Source: Octopus sinensis (taxonomy: Eukaryota). From it: DNA of 64,000 nucleotides. The DNA is taken from the NCBI RefSeq assembly GCF_006345805.1, contig NC_043009.1, forward strand, positions 70,370,001-70,434,000. The letters run 5' to 3'. Within the stretch, counting starts at the first letter, position 1. Every line of letters begins with the position of its first letter. The position numbers and the translations under genes are program-made. The notes beneath the pieces were generated by a model. The model was not told the origin of the DNA, made no database searches, and was given only the letters and a program-made list of their open reading frames with translations. Positions 1-12,500 of the stretch are shown piece after piece.

Positions 1-1753
1 CTCACTAGTAAAAGTGAAGAAACTACAATACACGTACATAAACACAAGCATGAAAACAATATGTTCATATCGTAATATACATAATGAATATTACACAAAG
101 ATACGTCCCTGCACAAATATATTTGCAAACACAGAGATACTTACGAGAACTACAATATAATGATATGGATATATTTGCAAATATCTATAAATACGAGTTT
201 GAAATTGGGTGTATAAAGTTTCATTTCTATTTTTGAGATGAAGATTACGAGTTGATTTTCCTTGTTATTCTGTTAGCTATGCGTTTAGAATGATCAACTT
301 CTATCTTATGCTCATTTCTTATGTTACCATTAATGTTGTGGGTGTATGTTTTGGATATTGTATTCTTCACACCTATGTGCTGAATATGACATATTTTAGA
401 ATAACTCGGATGATTTTGTAATCTTGGATGTTTACATTACTTATGTGTTATTTGATATATTTATTCATTTTACTGCATTGGATCGTCCTATAATATTATC
501 CAGTTTTGGTGCTGTAGAGGATCAGAATTTACAGTGCATTTTTTAAAACTGCAGGGACATTTGCGGTTCAGAGGAAAGTTACTACTCAATGTAACTCAAT
601 GTATTGAAGAAACCTTTAGTTATATTTGTCCTAGCATTTTTTGCACCAAGTGTATTAAAGCCAATTACATTCTTTTACCTTGTTTTAATATCTCTAGTTT
701 TTGGTGCGTCACAGAATGTTCTTGGAGAAGTATATTTTGATTTCAATGAGTTATTAGAATATTCAATTTTCAGAAAGGACTGCTATATTTTCCCCTACAT
801 TCTCAGTTATAATTTTTTATATTAGCATTTGGTTTGTTAATAGCCGCTGGATCCCACTTATTTGATTTCTGGACGCATTTTATCATTTTTTAAAGTTTTG
901 TGGCATATTCGTTGTCAAGAGATTTAAATTCACCATTTCTGTTTGTTAAGTAAATGTTTACGACTATCACCAAATTTAGCAATTTTGCTTTTCTATTAAC
1001 AGAGATTTCATTATTTGTTTTCGACGAACTAATGCTACTTACACTAGCATTGCGGTTAATTATATTAGACGCGATTATATTAGAATTATCACTTCCTCGC
1101 TTCATAGCAAATATTTTTACGTTTTGAAGTTTGCGTTAGTGTTGTGTAGTGTATTAATACGCTGACTATACTTATGTGTAGAATTTATGCTATATTTAGA
1201 ATTGTTTCTATGGGAGGGCGTAGTAAACTGGGTCTTATCTCTTCAGAACCATTTTTCAACAAAACTTCCTCACAGTTATAATTATAATATTCACTGATAT
1301 CATAAAAAAGTTTCTGCGTCAGAGGTTAGTTTTGGTATTCTAAATGGAATATTCTTTATATGATAAACAATTATAGATTTTTGATGATTAGAAAGATTTT
1401 TGCGTATGTAGTTAAGCCTATCAGTAGGTTTATGGAAAGCAAAAATGTCAGCAGTTATTCAAACTTAAAGTGACAGCAAGGAAATTTATGCTTTTCATAG
1501 TGCAAGCTGAAAGAGATAGACATATTAAAATGTTTAGAGAAAGTTAATAGACTTATTGAGGTGTATATAATACCAATGGAGACTGAGAGGAAAACTATAT
1601 TTACTACTTTATTAGAAATTGGACGTACAAGGATTTACATGGTTTTCTATGTATTAGATAACCGATATGCAATGTCATTCGAAAGAGAAATTAAATTCAT
1701 CAGTGTAAACATATATATATATATATATATATATAAACATACTCACACACACA

Positions 1754-1795
<42 letters not shown>

Positions 1796-1804
1796 TATAG
1801 GTAC

Positions 1805-2112
1805 AAGGCTTCGTACTTTGGGCATTCAACTCATGGTCATAAAGTCATGAGTTCGATTCCTGGCGGCACGTTGTGTCCTTGAGCAGGACACTTTATCTCA
1901 CGTTGCTCTCATATGTCCAGCTACCAAAAACCATCAGTTACATTTGTCATTCAAATGTTCGGCATTGTCACAATCTGTCAGGCTGAATATCTCAGAGAAC
2001 GACGTTAAGGGTTTGCGTGTTTGTCGAGTACTCAGCCATTGTACATTGATTTCACGTGCTGGCTCTTTCGTTCAAAGGTTCACTGACCGTCATTATTACC
2101 GATGGGATGCCA
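1805..2112 (+). mobile_element. tRNA-derived SINE (family C, CORE-like central segment)
   Basis: B-box-like GAGTTCGATTCC followed by GTGTCCTTGAGCAGGACACTTT, typical of tRNA-derived SINE bodies; flanked by (CA)n/(TA)n. Confidence 0.65.
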
Positions 2113-2132
2113 GTTCATACACACACACACAC

Positions 2133-2201
<69 letters not shown>

Positions 2202-2575
2202 CAAAAGTTAGCGCTCATTAAATAGAGCTCAAAGAATATAATGTAGGTTTCAATGAAATGGCAACTTTCGAGATATTGACAACCAAAAACCAGATTATTT
2301 TCCTCAATATACTCTTCGAAAGACATAACATTTCACTTAAAATATATAATATATAAATACAAAAATATATATATAAATACAAATATATATATATAAATGC
2401 ATAAATATAAATATAAAATGTAAAATATAAAATATATATATTCATATGAGATCACTTCGCGTGTTAAAAGTACATAGCCAATGCATTGCAAAATCAGGGA
2501 TATTAAAGGATGAATGGATCGCTAAAAAAGTTTAAATCCAGATCGAATTCTTATATATACCATGGACGTTACAAA

Positions 2576-2645
2576 TAAGCTGTTTCAGAATAGGTCAACT
2601 ATATGCACCCATCTCGTGTATATACATATCCTTCATCAGGGATCA
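2576..2645 (-). ncRNA. degenerate hammerhead ribozyme-like motif with long stem II
   Basis: Minus strand CTGATGA-AGGATATG...TATATACAC/GTGCATATA...CTATTCT-GAAAC-AGCT-TA; G16.2 missing and stem I not pairing. Confidence 0.35.
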
Positions 2646-2879
2646 TAGGGGAAGTTTAAAACAGTTCAAAAAGTTTATGAAATATCAAGAGCCTTCATAC
2701 TATATATATATATATATATACATATGAGTGTGTGTACGTGTGTGTGAACACACTCACACTGCTATTACTACCATTCACCAATGTTTATAATATATTCACG
2801 CCACCTGGTGACGCTTTAGTCCTCAAGTCAATATAATTGTGAGCATGAATATTACTTAATAAACCAGCACGTGGTCCAC

Positions 2880-3500
2880 CCGAGGAATTACAATATGGGC
2901 AATAGTATGTTGCGGGAAAACTGTTGCTCTGTTTTGCCGGAGCTGCTCTTCACACTAATTTGTCCTTATACAGGTGTAGTGGCCTGGCTACATTATGTCG
3001 TAAATTTACAAAATGACCATAAAAGATTTGCTACGGCAATCGACCACTTCTCATGCCAAGAATGCGTCCACACAATCGCATCTGAAACTTGATGAGGAAA
3101 AACTCTAAACAAGAGACTCCACTTATTTCTAGGAAAGTGCTATTCTCCACGCTTTCATTCCAATCAGCCTTGCATATTCGCCTGTGACATCTCATAAAAG
3201 TTGTTCAGTTTACTGATGTGTTTACGAGAAGCTTCTAGATCTCTGCTCCATATAAAAGAGTTGTTAGGACAACTGACTTATACATGTCAATTTCTTTCCT
3301 TACTGGGACACTGTGGCGGTCTAAAGTCGATCACAGACTTCCAAAAAGCTGCACTGCTCTTTCCAATACGAGATTGAAACTCTCTATCGAGTTTAGCATC
3401 GCTTGATACAGTTGAGCCCAAATATGTGAAAGCATCACCAGGTATCAGAGTTTTGTTTTCAACTGGGCTTCTAGATTGTTACCAGGATGTGGTCGACACG
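2880..3500 (-). pseudogene. RTE-clade LINE reverse transcriptase C-terminal remnant
   Basis: Minus-strand translation FTYLGSTVSSDAKLDREFQSRIGKSSAAFG...MYKSVVLTTLLYGAE...RCHRRICK, with stops and frameshifts. Confidence 0.8.
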
Positions 3501-3739
3501 GTCTGTTTCTGTGCTGCCCAAAAATGTAGCTCATGCTGCAAACTCGAAATGAGGAGTAGATGGGCAGCCGACGACTGATGAAGGGTCGTTCTTTATGTTA
3601 TTTGTCTTGTTTTCCATTTGTTTCTCTCGTTGTTCGCATACCCAAGTTTGTCTTCGTATTTCATGTTGTTTACGTTTTGTGACGTCCTGTACCCATATAT
3701 GCATCTTTATATACATATATATGTATGTATCTATGTATC

Positions 3740-3758
3740 TATATGTATGTATGCATAT

Positions 3759-3834
<76 letters not shown>

Positions 3835-3891
3835 TTATATGATTGAACGCCATGCATCCATTTCTAAGTAAGTATATAATATATATATATA

Positions 3892-3925
<34 letters not shown>
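3740..3925. repeat. (TA)n microsatellite cluster
   Basis: Directly visible. Confidence 0.95.
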
Positions 3926-3931
<6 letters not shown>

Positions 3932-4412
3932 GGGAATAAATCCAAACTTACAGGGAAAAATTAGATTTAGGATTAAATCCAATTTTATAGTATAAATATA
4001 TTATGTTATTATATTATTATATTAAATTAGAGATTATATATTTGTTTTGCCCAATTCTTGATGTGAAAACGCGTGTTGAGACGGATGTTGGTATATTTTT
4101 ATTGTTGTTGTTAGTTTATTCGAGAGAGATCTTTAATATATACTCTTTATCTTTTATTAAACTTTTAATACATTTGATATAAATAAAAAATTATAAATAA
4201 ATAAATTAATTAATAAAATAATATATAAATATAAAAATATACATACATATATATATATATATTTGTATATATATATATAAAATTTATTAGTTTAAATTCT
4301 TTAAATAATTTTTTATTTTTAACTTTTATATTTTAAAATTAATTTTATGTATTGGCTTATGTTTATCTCTAATTTAATATAATATATATATATATATATA
4401 TATACATATATA

Positions 4413-4565
4413 CGACTGGCCTTTTCAGTATCCGTCTACTAAACCCACTCACAAGGCTTTGGTCGACCCGAGGTTATAGTAGAGAGTACTTGCCCAAGGG
4501 GCCACGCAGTGGGACTGAACCCAGAACCTTGTGGTTGGCAAGCAAACTCGTACCACACAGCCACA
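4413..4565 (-). mobile_element. tRNA-derived SINE family B, 5' half
   Basis: Minus strand TGTGGCTGTGTGGT (A box)...GGTTCAGTCCC (B box)...CCTTGGGCAAG...CAAAGCCTTGTGAGTGG; homologous to copies at 42.9, 51.2 and 56.0 kb. Confidence 0.85.
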
Positions 4566-7009
4566 TAGATATATATAAACACGTTTATATATTTGTTTTT
4601 CCCAATTGTTGATGTGAAAACGCGTGTTGAGACGGATATTGTTATATTTTTTATTGTTGTTGTCAGTTTATTCGAGAGAGATCTTTAGTGACCTCTTAAA
4701 TGACATTCTGTCGTTCGTGTCTCCTCGTGTCTCTGATCTTCTTCTATCTACTCCATTTTGTCTTTCTGTAATCTCTGTCTGTTTATGTGTTCCTGACCGT
4801 GTTCACTTATCCTCTCACCTATGCTACGGACTGTCTCTGCAATGTACGTCCTGTCCTGTTTCTGCACGTTCCCCTATACATCTTATACTATCAGACTGCA
4901 TACCAATTGTTTTAGTCTTGCAGTTTTACTACACACAAAGCAGACGATAGTCAAGAAGCTACAAATGAATGCACAGTTTCGCCAGAGAGTGACTATGACG
5001 TGTGTTTTGGTGTTTTAAAAGATATTGCCGAAAGCAAGAATTTTTCTCAAAGGCAAACAGCAGTGAATTCAGATTTTGAAAGATCAAACATATTTGAACT
5101 GATTTCAATGTTTATTGCTTATTGTAATATTTGTATTTGTAATTCCTTCTGTGTCTTGTGTGTCTATTAGATCAATATTACTATTGGACCTGCTGTATGT
5201 TTTATTTAACTTCACTTCTTTATTATTTGTGACTCGGTTACCTGGCTACGACCAGTAGAATGGATACTTTAGTGAAGATGTCACAAATGGTGATGAATCA
5301 ACTTCGGCGAATACCACTAATGGATTGATTTACCGAATGATCAATCAAACAATCGATGGTTCGCTTGTTAAATATTTAACGAATTTACGAATAATGCAGA
5401 CATGAAATTGAACAACTGCGTGTATTTATTATCAGCAGAACTGTCTTCCTCAGACACAATAATATTTGGTTCGGTTAATGAGTTTATATCAGGAAATCAA
5501 ATACAGAAAAGAAATATGCACATATTTCCCAGAGCCTATCTCTAAACCACGCATGCATTTGCCACAAAAGAACATCGATGTTCAAGTTTTTACATCGGAA
5601 TTTTACCTCTCTCTCAGAGATGTCTATACTAAGGCCACGATCTTTCATTCCCATCTGTTGGACGGCCATTAACTCTGCTGAGTTCATTCGTCTTCCAACA
5701 GGTTTTGTTTGTCGTTCCGCAATGTCTTCAATGAAAATTATCCTCCGTACCGAGCAAGCTTGGTTGCTGCTTTAGTCGTCTACGGAAGAATCATTCGCTA
5801 TAGGCATGCCTAGATAGCTGCTTCCAACCAGATTTATCTGCACACATGCAAATACACAAACGCACTCATAAAAGCAACGCACACAATATAAGAGAGACAA
5901 TAAAGACATTGATATTAACCAAGAGGAAGATGAGGAAATTTAGTTCTACATACATAATATATGTGCATACACACATACCTATGTATATAAAAACGTATAT
6001 ATAAATGTGTATGTATGCACGCGCAAATATATATAGATAAACAGAAAGATATATAGATAGACAAGAAAAAATAGAACTGTACATCGATGAATCGATACGT
6101 TGATATTAGTTTTACGCATGCGTGGATATAGGCAAGTAAAACATTTATTTATTTCTTCATCGTAATAGGGAGTTTAATATCCATTTTGTGCAAATGTTTT
6201 TGGTGTTTTGCCGATATTTTGAAAGAAAAAAATGCTCAAATAAAATATATAATTGTCTTACAAAATCCCATTTAAATGCAATCTTTACGGATGCTGGTTT
6301 TGTGTGAAAAATAAAATATATGGAAGTTTTGCGTCTGCTATCTAAGAATGTAATCGAGCAATCAAACATTTCTAAAATTAAATATCCTTATCTGACCGTA
6401 CATATTTATTACTGCTACGGAAACTGCATCTACTTTTTGTTCTACCATCGTTTATTTGCACCAGTTTCCCCACGCACAACTGTCTCTCATAAATACACTG
6501 CGTAGTCATTCGTAATGCTAGAAATAGCATATTTCTCCATCTCATTCTCAATGTAGCGTATCATAAAAGAGAAGGGCTCATTAGATATCGTTACAGCTAA
6601 AATTCCTTAAAGCATAGATTCATTCATTCAAGGGTAAACAGTGGTTAAACAAAACTACATCCGACCGAATTTTTGTTATCTCTCGTACACTAATTTTTGC
6701 AAAGAAACAAACTTTCGACGATACAAGAGAAAACACTTTGGCTAAATTTTGTAAGTGTGTGATCTACTTGTAAATCATATATAATGTTACTTCATAATAT
6801 TTCTTTTATGTTATAAACATTGCCATGCAGGGCATGTGAATGTTTATAATGAACGATAATGATGCTACATACGTAGTTTCAGATGACAGATACAATTTAT
6901 GATCGGCAGCAGAGTAAGTATAGACTTTGCTTTTTTTTAAATCTTTATTATGGTAAAAGGAGCTTTAATAGTCTTGTTTTTAATATTTTTTTTTAAAGGG
7001 AAATGCTTT

Positions 7010-7200
7010 AAGCTAGCAGAATTGTTAGCCGGACGAAATGGTTAGCAGCATTCCATGCGACTTTAGGTCCTGCGTTCAAATTCCGCTGAGGTCGTCTTTG
7101 CCTGTTACCCTTTCGGAACTGATCAAACCAGATGATCACTGAGATTGATGTAATTGACCTCCCCCGAAATTGTCGATTCTGTGCCGAAATCTAAAACCAA
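7010..7200 (+). mobile_element. tRNA-derived SINE family A (diverged copy)
   Basis: GTTCAAATTCCGCTGAGGTCGTCTTTGCC...CCTTTCGG; aligns by eye to 52009-52216. Confidence 0.75.
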
Positions 7201-8299
7201 TATTTATTCAAGCGATATATGAAAGCGGCTTTAGAAACAGACACCATCAGTCTTTTAATGTAGGCACTGTTAATATTTATGCAAGATATTGTCTTCCCAT
7301 AAAACCAAAATTTCACCATAAAATAAGGGTTGAAAATGAATTATACTCGTCTACTTTTTTCTTTTACATTATCAACCGGAAGGAAGTGCTTTATTAGAAT
7401 TATCTCATTCTTTTACTCCTTCAGCCATTTTCAAAAATATATTCTTTATAAATATTTAGGTAAACGGGAGTTATTTTCACTTCCACAAAAATGTTTTATA
7501 TAGTGACTGAGCATTGACCACCGTTTCCACCAAGGTAAACCGTAAGGAATAGTCTGTTCATTCCATTATAATAACGTTTGCTATAAGAATATTTTTCGTA
7601 ATTTTTTCTAAGCCTCGTTCCGAGAGCATTGTTATTGTTGATATCATTCATTTGCCAATAAAAAGTGTTTTTACTCTAGTATGCTTTTATTTCAGTTGTT
7701 TATTAGTCTCTAACTTTTATTTTCATTCTCCTTCAACAAAAGATAAAGAAAGAATAAATTGAATATTACTACGTATTGAGGAAGCTCTTGTTTTTATTTA
7801 TGGACGAATGAGAGAGAACACTCCGTTTCTATTGAGTCAACTAATATCTGACAGTGGAAAATGTTTATTATTGTTGTTTCTTTGTGGCTTTGTGTAACTG
7901 TTTGTGTAATTGTTGTTGTTCCATTTTACGCCTGTCTTCATGTAACAGAAGTGAGATCAAAGTTATAAAAAGAGAAATTCACTTTAAAATATTTGTTTCA
8001 CAAAGCAATTTCTAAAATATAAATTCGTTATCCAGCCCGAGGCCTGTGTTAATTGAGAACGCTTACGATCAGAGAAATACAAGCAGTTGTGACTAACCAA
8101 TTATATTTAGCGTATGCAGTGTACGTTATGTAGAATATAGTATAGTTAGAGAATGTATAATAACTGAAGGATAATATTACCTAAAGTACCTTTCGTTTAT
8201 AAACAAATGTAGAGTATACTTGGTGGGGAGAAGAGTTGGTAGCTATTTTTCAAAAGTTGATGGGTTAATAGTGGTGGGGTTGTTGCCCGTTTTGGTTAT

Positions 8300-8415
8300 G
8301 GTGTTGGTGATGGAGGTGATGGTGGGGATGGGATGATGGTGGTGATGGAGGTGATGGTGGGGATGGGCATGATGGTGGTGATGGAGGTGATGGTGGGGAT
8401 GGAGGTGATGGTGGT
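8300..8415. repeat. GAT/GGT-based degenerate tandem repeat
   Basis: GGTGATGGAGGTGATGGTGGGGATGG unit repeated about 3 times. Confidence 0.85.
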
Positions 8416-8700
8416 ACGAGGATTATTGTTGGTTGTGGGAATTGTCGTATTGTTCTTGTCTATTGTATTCTTGTTGCTGTTCAAACTCAAGTCATTCCTT
8501 ATTGACCTCGGATGACAGTTAATCCATTCAAATCTTGAAATAATACACTCCAGGTTTTGTTATAGTCTTTTATTTCAGATAGCCTTAATCATCTTTTTCT
8601 ACTTAAGCCTTAATCATCTTTTTCTACTAATTTTCATATTAATTGTTCTCTAAGGAGTTGGTTATAATTGGGTTTTGTATTTACGATAAACAAACAGATA

Positions 8701-9866
8701 CACAGTCATGACAGAAGCAAATAGACACCCTTATAATTATTAAAATTTATTTAAATCTGAAATTATACATTCAGATTATTTACAAGTTATTATGAAGTGA
8801 ATGTCTAATATCTAGTAAACATACCCTTTGCGTTTTTCAATGCAAGGACCCTATTAGACATGCTACTGGTAGATGACGAATATTTTCTTGAGGAATTTCT
8901 TGACAAATTTCATGCAATAATCTCAAATATCTGGCTTTGAAAATTCTTTCTTATTCTTTTTATGAAGAGTCCTATTGAATATGCTTCAGAGGTCTTCATT
9001 TGGGCTCATATCTGATGACTGGTTGGCCACAGAAGCTTTTTAATGCCATTCTTTTCTGATCAGTCAATCTTGTGTCTTTTAGCTATGTGATAAGGAGACC
9101 CATCTTTCACAAATAAAAGAGTCTTCTTTAATCATTTCACTTCTGGAGAAGTTTGGAACGAATCTTTCCTGCAATATGGACACATATTTATCTGAGGATT
9201 TGTTTCACTCTCACTCCACCAGCTCTGAACGACCATTGTTTCAAATTGTTCCCCAGACCATCACAGAATAGCTACTATGTTTTATTTTGGGCTGCAATCT
9301 TTTCATCTCCAATTCTTGGTCACTGAATTTCCAGACCCACACTCGATTGCTCTCTGAACATACAGCAAATCTAGACCCAACAGAGATGCTATTCCCAATC
9401 TTTTCTGCACATGATATTGGCTGGTTGAAGAAGTGGCTTCCTTCTTCCCGTTCTGCTATAGAAGCCGAGTTTATGGAGATACCTGATAGCTGTTCTGGAA
9501 CTGACATCAACTTGTTCTGCTACGTCAGAGGGCGTCCCACGAGAATTATCCTCCAAACTCTCTTAACAAATGGTCCCGTCAAATGCTGCTGGTTGATCTG
9601 CGTTGGATAATGTGAATTGCACAATCACTGTATTAACTGTATAAAGCGGGACCCCAAAGTTTTCTGCAATTACATGCTGACCAAGTCCATATTGACCCAC
9701 TATATGACCTCTTTGAAACTTGGACAGTTCCAAGGATTTTTTGTATGTGACATGATTAAACAGTCACATATAGAACCTGAAACATAACAAAAATATAAAC
9801 TTTTGCAAGTTAAAATAAACAAAATAATGTTTTATGCGGTGTCTATTTACTTCTGTCATGCCTGTG
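8701..9866 (-). mobile_element. full-length Tc1-family DNA transposon fossil (1166 bp) with 29-bp TIRs and TA target duplication
   Basis: Left TIR CACAGTCATGACAGAAGCAAATAGACACC (8701-8729) vs reverse complement of 9838-9866, 27/29 identical; TA at 8699-8700 and 9867-9868. Confidence 0.92.
8805..9753 (-). pseudogene. Tc1-type DDE transposase pseudogene
   Basis: MSHTK..LELSKFQRGHIVG (HTH), RVWVWK...LQPKIKHSSYSVMVWG, FVKDGSPYH, LLWP...DMSPNEDL, SMSNRVLALKNAKG..TRY*; several stops and frameshifts. Confidence 0.9.
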
Positions 9867-10192
9867 TATATAGACATACATACACAACTACACACACTTA
9901 CACACTAGCACGCATGCACTAGTATGCACTTGTATGCACTTGATTGCACCTGTATAGACTAATTATAGTATTTTTTTCAAATTGGTGACTACTTTATTCT
10001 TAACAATAGCAGAGAGGGCGATCTTTTTGCGAATAAGGAATTGCGATATTGAAATTCTTAAAATTTAACCGAGTTTCTGCAAGAGAGAATTTAAAGATCG
10101 TCTCACGGAATTTGATGTCACAGTTTACCGTTTTTCTAAGCACGTTATCAATCCCGTTACCCGAGGTAGCTGTAATGGCAAAGAAGTTTATT

Positions 10193-10227
<35 letters not shown>

Positions 10228-10254
10228 TATACATACATACATACTTACATTCAT

Positions 10255-10297
<43 letters not shown>

Positions 10298-10840
10298 CAC
10301 ACACAAATATATATACATACATACAAGGAAGGCATAAATTAAACCTCTTTTGATTTATTGCAATAATTTTGTCTTACAACTGTTTCCAGTAGCCACCAGA
10401 AGCTCGTTACTGCTAGGCTTAATTAATGGGCCCATTGTTCAGTTGAGCAAAATTGAACGACTTAGAAAGTTAATGCTACATTCGCCAGATCCATTTCCGG
10501 TTATTCGAGTAAACCTATCAGATTAACCATTCTATAACCATTAATGGAAACAGCTGTTAGACAAATCTACTACAATAAAGGAAAACAAGAAATGAGCGTT
10601 ATTTTTATTCCTTGTCCTGTGTATCTCTCTGTGTATAGATCAATATAACTGGAAAACAACCATGGATTTTCAATAAAGAATGGTGATGATCCATGACCTC
10701 GGATCCCACCAAAAGGTTACGTGGTGTCATCTACTAATCTAAACGATATTGTTAACCCGGTGAACGAACAAAGTGTTTATAAAGGGTTTTGCCAGGATTG
10801 ATTCCTCATTAATATTCTTCACTATAATTTCTTATATATA

Positions 10841-10906
10841 TATAATCAAAATAAGCAACAAGGATATCCAAGGTAGTTTGTATCCTTGTTGCTTATTTTG
10901 ATTATA
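10841..10906. repeat. perfect 26-bp inverted repeat with 14-nt spacer
   Basis: TATAATCAAAATAAGCAACAAGGATA (10841-10866) / TATCCTTGTTGCTTATTTTGATTATA (10881-10906). Confidence 0.95.
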
Positions 10907-11809
10907 ATCACCCCATTTGATTTATATGGATAATACCATACATAATTCTGGTGCCTTTAACTTAAGTACCATATTCATCTGAATCTAAATTTTGCTGAAC
11001 TTATATATATATATATTAGATATATATTACTTTGTTTACAAATATATAAGCACCAACAATCTTAATAATTGTTACATGACGGACAGCGATGCTAGATTTG
11101 TGCCTAGTTGGAGAAGAGAGTGAATAATTAATCAATATTGGTTATCGATTTGTTAGATTGAATAATAGAACATCTTGTATAATTCAAACATCATTAAATT
11201 TGTATAGAATCCGATTCTTAAATATTGTTCTAATAATCTATGAAATAATTTGCGTTCTTCATGCATGAGAGGATTTCTGCATGAGTAAGAAGTAACGCCA
11301 ACCATTCACAACGATGAATCGATGAATCCAGTTCTAATGGCATCCAGCAAGCGTAACAATGGCCGTTTGTTGTTCAGTCGCTCCAGTCATTAGCAACAAT
11401 AGTAATATTCGTATTATAAACTGGGGTAAATCTACACGTTTCGGTATGAAGATACGGTTATGTGATTAAGAATAAGTTCGCTTCGGAACTGCGTACTTTG
11501 TAGATCCATTCTACTTCACCCTACCCCTTAGACACGTCTTTTGTACTATAGCCTCTGGTAGGTCAACAATGAAATTTGTCGGAGAAAATATGTGAGAAAT
11601 ATAGCACTACATTACAAGCAAGACTTGTAGGTTAAATGTTAATATGAGAAGAAGAGCATAGATTCAGAAATGAAACTTTACAGAAGGACACTGCTCATTC
11701 CGTACACTTAAAAAATGTTAAGAAATAATTAGTTCAGAAAATGCGAGGCAAATTAAGTGATTTGGCCATGTAACACGAAGCGGGGACTTTTGACTTCTTG
11801 TGAATATGA

Positions 11810-11960
11810 CGATTATTCTAACCAATCGCTTTCATCGATCCCAGTAATGAAACTTATTTTACTAACCATGAAAATATGAAATGTAAAGTGGACCTCGATT
11901 GAATTTGAACACAGATCGTAAAGACCCGGGAATATGGCACTGAGAATGTTGTTTGGTGAA
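11810..11960 (-). mobile_element. degenerate SINE family A copy
   Basis: Minus strand GTGTTCAAATTCAATCGAGGTCCACTTT...TAAAATAAGT...CTGGGATCGAT resembles the family A core. Confidence 0.55.
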
Positions 11961-12049
11961 AGTATCTGGCAAAACATTACAAAAAGCATTGTACACACCA
12001 GGACAATTGACTTTTAAGCTCTTCGCCATTTCTAAAAGCACATACCCAG

Positions 12050-12500
12050 AGCAGGCCCACAAGCAATGCTTGCCACTCTAGTCAATATATCAAGGAATTT
12101 TCTTGATGGAAATACTTTCTTCCTTCCGCTATATAGTTTATTTTGGAAAAGCTAAAGACAGCTTGGTCAAAATCTAATATATCTCGTTTCAGACCGTTCA
12201 ATCTTTACCCTCAACAATCAGAGATAAAAACTGTCTGCTTTTCTCTATCAAAATGAAGGCAGTGGGGCTCTTTAAAATGGATTCAGCTGCAACGGGATCC
12301 GCCCCACATTCGACTGTATCTGTTTCACATACATTTCCAAATCAGCAATGCACAGTCTCAATTGCAATCCGAACGGTCTCGTTGCTCTGGGCGTAACTCG
12401 AACACGCTTTACTGATAGCACTATTGCGCCTATAGAGTTAATTTGCAACGGACAATTCCACCCACTCTCTTAGGACTACCATTCCAGGAATTTATGGATG
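12050..12500 (-). pseudogene. probable Tx1/L1-like LINE C-terminal remnant
   Basis: Minus-strand fragments SNETVRIAIE (zinc-knuckle-like ETV.HA..C) and FLSLIVEGK; heavily decayed. Confidence 0.35.

Noticed and set aside
4045-4085. TTGATGTGAAAACGCGTG as a hammerhead
   Set aside because: No stem II, altered core, and G at the cleavage position
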